Positions 58,601 through 62,828 of a stretch of DNA of 62,828 nucleotides are shown in pieces. This DNA comes from a virus (taxonomy: Duplodnaviria > Caudoviricetes): positions 1 through 62,828 of the IMG/VR virus record IMGVR_UViG_3300003873_000011; one strand, 5' to 3'. The notes under the pieces were generated by a model. The model was not told the origin of the DNA. It worked only from the letters and a program-made list of their open reading frames with translations, and did no database searches. Both the position numbers and the translations under genes were made by a program. How positions within the stretch are numbered: the first letter of the stretch is position 1; each line of letters begins with the position of its first letter.

Positions 58601-59479
58601 TTATACTAAATCCTTTAATAATCTATCTAACTCTGTTAAACTTATTAGTGTGCAACCAATTGTTACAGTCTTACTATCTAGTTTTAGAATTGTGTATTCG
58701 TCTACCTTTAACCCTATCACCTTCTTACCTTGTTTGTACCTTTTGTACATAACTAAACATTCTCTTAGTGGTAACTTAATGTGGTTAGATGTATAAAGTG
58801 TGTTGTCTTTAACTTTTAGTCTAACTCCTACAAAATCTACATCATACTTAGTTGTAGTTTCCTCTAGGAAGTTAGACAGTTCTTTTTGTTTAAATTTTAA
58901 ATTAGCTAAGTCTCTTTTTCTTTGTAAGGCTCTTTCTTCTTTAAGGTGCTTAATCTTAGCGTTAGCTACAGCTTCTTTTAACTCTTTTCCATCTAAGTTT
59001 AAAAGTTCTACTCTATCTTTAATAGATCTATACTCAGACTTTCTCTTATCATACTTTAAGAAGTCTAAAAACCTATATAGTCTATCAACCCTACGTATAG
59101 CTTTGGACCTATAATCTACAGTCTTAGCTCTTGATTGCTTATCTATTAGATCATCTATAATATTTAAATTATACTTAATCATATTTTCTTTTGTATCTGC
59201 AATATTGTAGTAAATATCATAATATGGTGGTACAGCATTAAGTAAGTCATCATAGTGTTCTCTTGATGTATTTGAGTACTCTCTGGTATCTTCATAGACA
59301 ATAATTGTATTATTATCTCTATCAATCTCAGCTAACCTAGTATTGTAACTGTATATAGTATTCTCGTTATAGGACATTTGTACAATACCATTCGCTTTAA
59401 CTTGTCTGTACGTACTACCACCTCTACCTAACTTCCCATACACAAAGTCATGTACCATCTCCCCTGTTCGTTTACTCAT
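58601..59479 (-). CDS. Conserved hypothetical phage protein
   Basis: IYSYNTRLA, YSNTSREH, VTIGCTLI. Confidence 0.6.
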   Translation of the reverse strand: MSKRTGEMVHDFVYGKLGRGGSTYRQVKANGIVQMSYNENTIYSYNTRLAEIDRDNNTIIVYEDTREYSNTSREHYDDLLNAVPPYYDIYYNIADTKENMIKYNLNIIDDLIDKQSRAKTVDYRSKAIRRVDRLYRFLDFLKYDKRKSEYRSIKDRVELLNLDGKELKEAVANAKIKHLKEERALQRKRDLANLKFKQKELSNFLEETTTKYDVDFVGVRLKVKDNTLYTSNHIKLPLRECLVMYKRYKQGKKVIGLKVDEYTILKLDSKTVTIGCTLISLTELDRLLKDLV

Positions 59480-59590
59480 TTATCTTTTCCTTTTGTTCAA
59501 ACTTATTACAACCGAAATCTTCTTCTGTTAATTCATGTTTACACCTAGCGTAGATTGTTTTATTTAGTAGCTCTCTTATAAATTCTTTCA

Positions 59591-61012
59591 TTACCTCCCT
59601 TTAAGTTGGTTTAGCTTGTAACTTATCGCATATTCTAATAAGTCTAAGTTTTGTTGCCCATTTGAACGACTAGTTGCTACATACAGTAGATTTAGCAGTT
59701 CTGTTTCTTCAATACTTCTTTCGTTAATGTTTAAATCTAAGATTTTATCTTTAGGTAATATATCTCTGTCTAATTTAACATTTGTTATAGTCATTCCTTT
59801 AGTTGTATACCCTGTTGCTACAATAGTTTTAGCTGTTTTGTACTCGTGCTTTTTAGAGTTTTTAATAGTCAATTCTATAGTATCTTTTAATTTTTTATTT
59901 CCTAATAATGTAACTATATTGATGGCTGACTGTATTTCTGCATGGTAGCTAAATTCTTTCTTTATATGCCCTATTAGAGATGTTGCGCTAGTCAGTCCTT
60001 TAAAATAGTCATCTATTCCCCTGTTCAAGAAGCTATATTTTGGGTTATAAACTCCTTTTTTATTAAGATACATAATAACTTTAACTGCCTCAAATATAGA
60101 AGCTACTGATCTTGTCAGTCTATAAGGTATTTTAGCTGAGTGTAGTTTGATTATTTTAGATATCAATGAAGCATTGGATCTACTAATATGGGCTGTTAAT
60201 CCATTATCTACACCTCCGTCAGTCCCCGTAAACTTAAAATCTGGATCTAAGTATAGTTTACCAAATAACTCTATTCTTTTAGCTACTTCCACTGTCACTC
60301 TAAATGATTTGGTTAGTCTCAGTACTTTTGGATTTTGATCCTCTAAGTATTTGAACCCATTGATAGCACCAGCAAATGAGTACAGTTGCTGATGTGGGTC
60401 ACCTACCCCTACTTTATGTTTTACATTAGCTTGTTTAAATATCTCTAATGTAACTGAGTTAGCGTCTTGTATCTCATCAAAGAGTAATACATTCAGATCA
60501 AAATCTACTTCACCCTCAGTTACTAAGAAGTGTAGATACTTTAAGTTAAAACTAAATGTACAATCAATTTCTTTACTTGACATTTTGTTCATATATTTTT
60601 TAATAAGTTCTAACCTTTTCATAGCTTTAGGTTCTGTACCACAGTACTCTTCTACAGATAAATACCTACTTTGGCAGAATTTGTCTAACCAGTACACTAC
60701 TTTCTCTTTATCTCTAAGTGGTATATCCTCTGTAATTTGTGATACCCCAAAACTCCCTAGAGTTCTAGGTCCTCTACTTATAGAGCCCAAAACCATACCT
60801 AACCTAACTACATAGTGATATGCTACAGCATGTGTAGTTGATACTCTTACATCAGAATTAAACCTTTGTCTAGCTTCCAGTTCCATTTCTTTGTTAAATA
60901 CCCAATAACCAACTTTATAGTTATTATGTGCTTTAGCCACACCTTCTAATAAAGTACTCTTTCCACTCCCTGCTGGTGATGGCACTAGTACTAGTGGTTC
61001 TACTAAACCAAT
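59591..61012 (-). CDS. SF1 (UvrD-like) DNA helicase; start possibly ATT at 61012
   Basis: SPAGSGKS, FDEIQD, VGDPHQQLYSFAGA, LTKSFR, KGMT, LLYVATSR. Confidence 0.88.
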   Translation of the reverse strand: MGLVEPLVLVPSPAGSGKSTLLEGVAKAHNNYKVGYWVFNKEMELEARQRFNSDVRVSTTHAVAYHYVVRLGMVLGSISRGPRTLGSFGVSQITEDIPLRDKEKVVYWLDKFCQSRYLSVEEYCGTEPKAMKRLELIKKYMNKMSSKEIDCTFSFNLKYLHFLVTEGEVDFDLNVLLFDEIQDANSVTLEIFKQANVKHKVGVGDPHQQLYSFAGAINGFKYLEDQNPKVLRLTKSFRVTVEVAKRIELFGKLYLDPDFKFTGTDGGVDNGLTAHISRSNASLISKIIKLHSAKIPYRLTRSVASIFEAVKVIMYLNKKGVYNPKYSFLNRGIDDYFKGLTSATSLIGHIKKEFSYHAEIQSAINIVTLLGNKKLKDTIELTIKNSKKHEYKTAKTIVATGYTTKGMTITNVKLDRDILPKDKILDLNINERSIEETELLNLLYVATSRSNGQQNLDLLEYAISYKLNQLKGR

Positions 61013-61064
61013 CTTTTATCCTTTATTTTAATATTTAGACCACAAAATTAATGCAGTCTTTCTT

Positions 61065-61271
61065 TTAGTACTGTTTAAACTCTCTAATCTCTTTGTGTTT
61101 ATATAGTGGTACAAACCCGTCAGGTTTAGCCCAACAATCGTTTTTGTACTCTTCAGTAAAATCAATGGTACTTAAATCTGTCACATACCCCACTTCTGAG
61201 TAACCAAACGCATTATCAGCATCATTTTCCATTCCGTCTGACCAAGCCTTCAGTATCAAATATACTTTCAT
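61065..61271 (-). CDS. Hypothetical protein
   Basis: GGGGA RBS and ATG; 68 aa. Confidence 0.5.
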   Translation of the reverse strand: MKVYLILKAWSDGMENDADNAFGYSEVGYVTDLSTIDFTEEYKNDCWAKPDGFVPLYKHKEIREFKQY

Positions 61272-61367
61272 TTAACTTCCCCCTAACCTTCCTCTAACTC
61301 TTCATTTCTATAGTTACTGCTGTACTACCTGTTGGTAAAATACATAATCTCTTTTCTGTGTAAAGTC

Positions 61368-61982
61368 TTATTTCATTCTTACTAAACCAAAGTCTTTTTT
61401 TCTTATTTTACACTTTCTATCCCCATTAATCTCCCAAAATACAATACCTTCAATGTCTTTCTGTAAAGTACCTTTTTTAAGACCTTCAAAACTATAGTCT
61501 GTTATGTTGAATTCTGTTTGTGTGTGAGGTATTAAATAGTGCTTATCTAAGTTCTCTGGGTTGCCGTTCACTTTAGGTCCACAAAACTCATATGTTTGGT
61601 CTAGTTTATTTGATATGTGTTTTGGTACTCCCTTTGAATCCATGATAAATTTCGTAGAGTGGTTAAGGTCCATAAAAGCATCTAACATTCGTTGTCCATC
61701 ACCCTTAGGTAATACAGGAGTCCAGTATGGTTGATGCCCTGTAATTTCATCAGGCTCTTGACAAGCAATACTATTTGGTGGTGGTACCTTTCTAGTACCA
61801 TCTCTCTTTAGCTTGGCATCATACCTTCTATATAATACCCCATCAATTACTGCACAAGCAGTACCGTCCCATTTTCTGTAAGCTTTACTATTAGATAGTA
61901 CCCAATCATTCTCATGTCTTAGTTTGTCTGTACACAAAGACTGATCTTCTGTCTTCTCAAATAATGTTGTCATTTTCTGCAT
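61368..61982 (-). CDS. RNA ligase-like nucleotidyltransferase (DUF5565 type)
   Basis: Motif I RKWDGT, TYEFCGPKVNGNP, EGIVF, KCKI. Confidence 0.8.
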   Translation of the reverse strand: MQKMTTLFEKTEDQSLCTDKLRHENDWVLSNSKAYRKWDGTACAVIDGVLYRRYDAKLKRDGTRKVPPPNSIACQEPDEITGHQPYWTPVLPKGDGQRMLDAFMDLNHSTKFIMDSKGVPKHISNKLDQTYEFCGPKVNGNPENLDKHYLIPHTQTEFNITDYSFEGLKKGTLQKDIEGIVFWEINGDRKCKIRKKDFGLVRMK

Positions 61983-62383
61983 TTATTTTCTTTTTCTCTA
62001 TAATAAACAGGTGCTTCTAACTCTTTAGCATATTTGAACGCTTCTCTCCAACTCATAGTGCATTTAGAGCTTTCAGACCATTCTAACCCATCCTCTCTTC
62101 CTCTGACACAACGAACATATAAACTATCGTTCTTACTGCTGTTGTAGACATAGCCATTGATGAAATGCACAATCCAAGCATTGGTACTATTGCCCTTACG
62201 GTTAGTAGAAGACCAATAACTTTCAGATTTAGTGTCTGATACTTTAGTTGCTGGCTTGAATCTCTCATAATCAATTAGTGTTGTTAGTTCTTTAATATTT
62301 GGTACTCTCCAATCGTTAAAAAGTTCTTGTTCTACTTTATCTGGTACAAAAGTACCCTTAACCCCATCTATCGTTAATTTCAT
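61970..62383 (-). CDS. DUF1566/Lcl C-type-lectin-fold protein, circularly permuted
   Basis: DWRVPNIKEL, YWSST, AWIVHF, VRCVRG, followed by GLEW...MSWREAFKY. Confidence 0.8.
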   Translation of the reverse strand: MKLTIDGVKGTFVPDKVEQELFNDWRVPNIKELTTLIDYERFKPATKVSDTKSESYWSSTNRKGNSTNAWIVHFINGYVYNSSKNDSLYVRCVRGREDGLEWSESSKCTMSWREAFKYAKELEAPVYYREKENKCRK

Positions 62384-62624
62384 TTATTGTCCTTTAAATA
62401 TATTAGATTTAGTTGTTTTAGTTGTTTATCGCTCTTTATGCAAATATAAGTGTATTACCTTGGAGGTACATCTAATGACCGTATACCAATCACTTCTGAC
62501 CGTCCTTTGAGTATAAACCTTAACTTTGAATCTATTTTTCTGTATGTTACAGAATCCCCTCGTAGCTGCCTCCACTAAAGATCTATCATCTAAATCAACT
62601 AATTAATTTCTTTTTTTTTTTATG

Positions 62625-62725
62625 TCTGACTGAATGGACTCGAACCACTCCTTCCATCCTCGATCGTAAGAATCGAACTTACCAGTCTGCACTATTTAGT
62701 GCTCTGTGTTTCCAACATTAGTCAG
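62625..62725 (-). ncRNA. tRNA-like RNA with two T-arms and no canonical anticodon loop
   Basis: CTGACT/AGTCAG acceptor-like stem, TGTT-GGA-AACA D-like arm, GCACT-AAAT-AGTGC arm, GTAAG-TTCGATT-CTTAC and AGTGG-TTCGAGT-CCATT. Confidence 0.6.
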
Positions 62726-62828
62726 TTAGTTAAACCTACAAACCAGTTCCTTTATACAGAAGTTTAAGGTTTTTAGGTTTTATACTCCCTTTTGTGTAGA
62801 CTTGTGGGTACTTCATACTTGGATCTTC

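Noticed and set aside
1321-60815. Numerous antisense or nested ORFs in the track (e.g. 1321..1644, 8471..8770, 16249..16818, 27617..28024, 47688..48020, 58800..59114)
   Set aside because: Shadow frames of real genes, Ser/Leu-rich, without RBS or recognisable motifs.
1-62828. CRISPR array, integrase, transposase, reverse transcriptase, rRNA, canonical tRNA
   Set aside because: No regularly spaced repeats or diagnostic motifs seen; the Cas4-like nuclease matches the ordinary N4 gp42 position.
1-62828. Absence of terminase and N4 RNAP II as a biological novelty
   Set aside because: The window is truncated at both ends and N4 gene order places these genes outside it.

Overview
This AT-rich window is most of the genome of an N4-like (Schitoviridae-related) podophage; no host chromosome is evident. 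The + strand (1-33.4 kb) is the late region: tail fibres, lysis cassette (holin, spanins, T7-type amidase), portal, N4 gp58/gp57-like genes, N4-gp56-type major capsid protein, gp55-gp51-like virion genes and the ejected virion RNA polymerase block. The - strand (33.4-62.8 kb) carries replication and nucleotide genes (SF1 helicase, family A DNA polymerase, gp42-like nuclease, gp43-like primase, SSB, Sak4-like ATPase, HU, NrdAB, ThyX, dUTPase, adenine methyltransferase) and many small ORFs. Headline observation: the single cysteine-free ~3500-aa virion RNAP of N4 is replaced here by four tandem genes (1117, 1818, 1230 and 977 aa). By eye they hold only six cysteines in 5142 residues, one on each side of the three junctions (...EGC*/MSC..., ...KEC*/MAC..., ...KGCN*/MAC...). 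This suggests a head-to-tail, disulfide-linked ejection polyprotein (inference). Other oddities: GIY-YIG-like, inactive DEDD-like and zincin-like domains in that block; a tRNA-like RNA with two T-arms; a circularly permuted DUF1566 protein with DGR-like codon usage; hairpin and repeat clusters; candidate frameshifts. Terminase and N4 RNAP II genes are not in the window. All family assignments come from motif recognition and gene order, not database searches.
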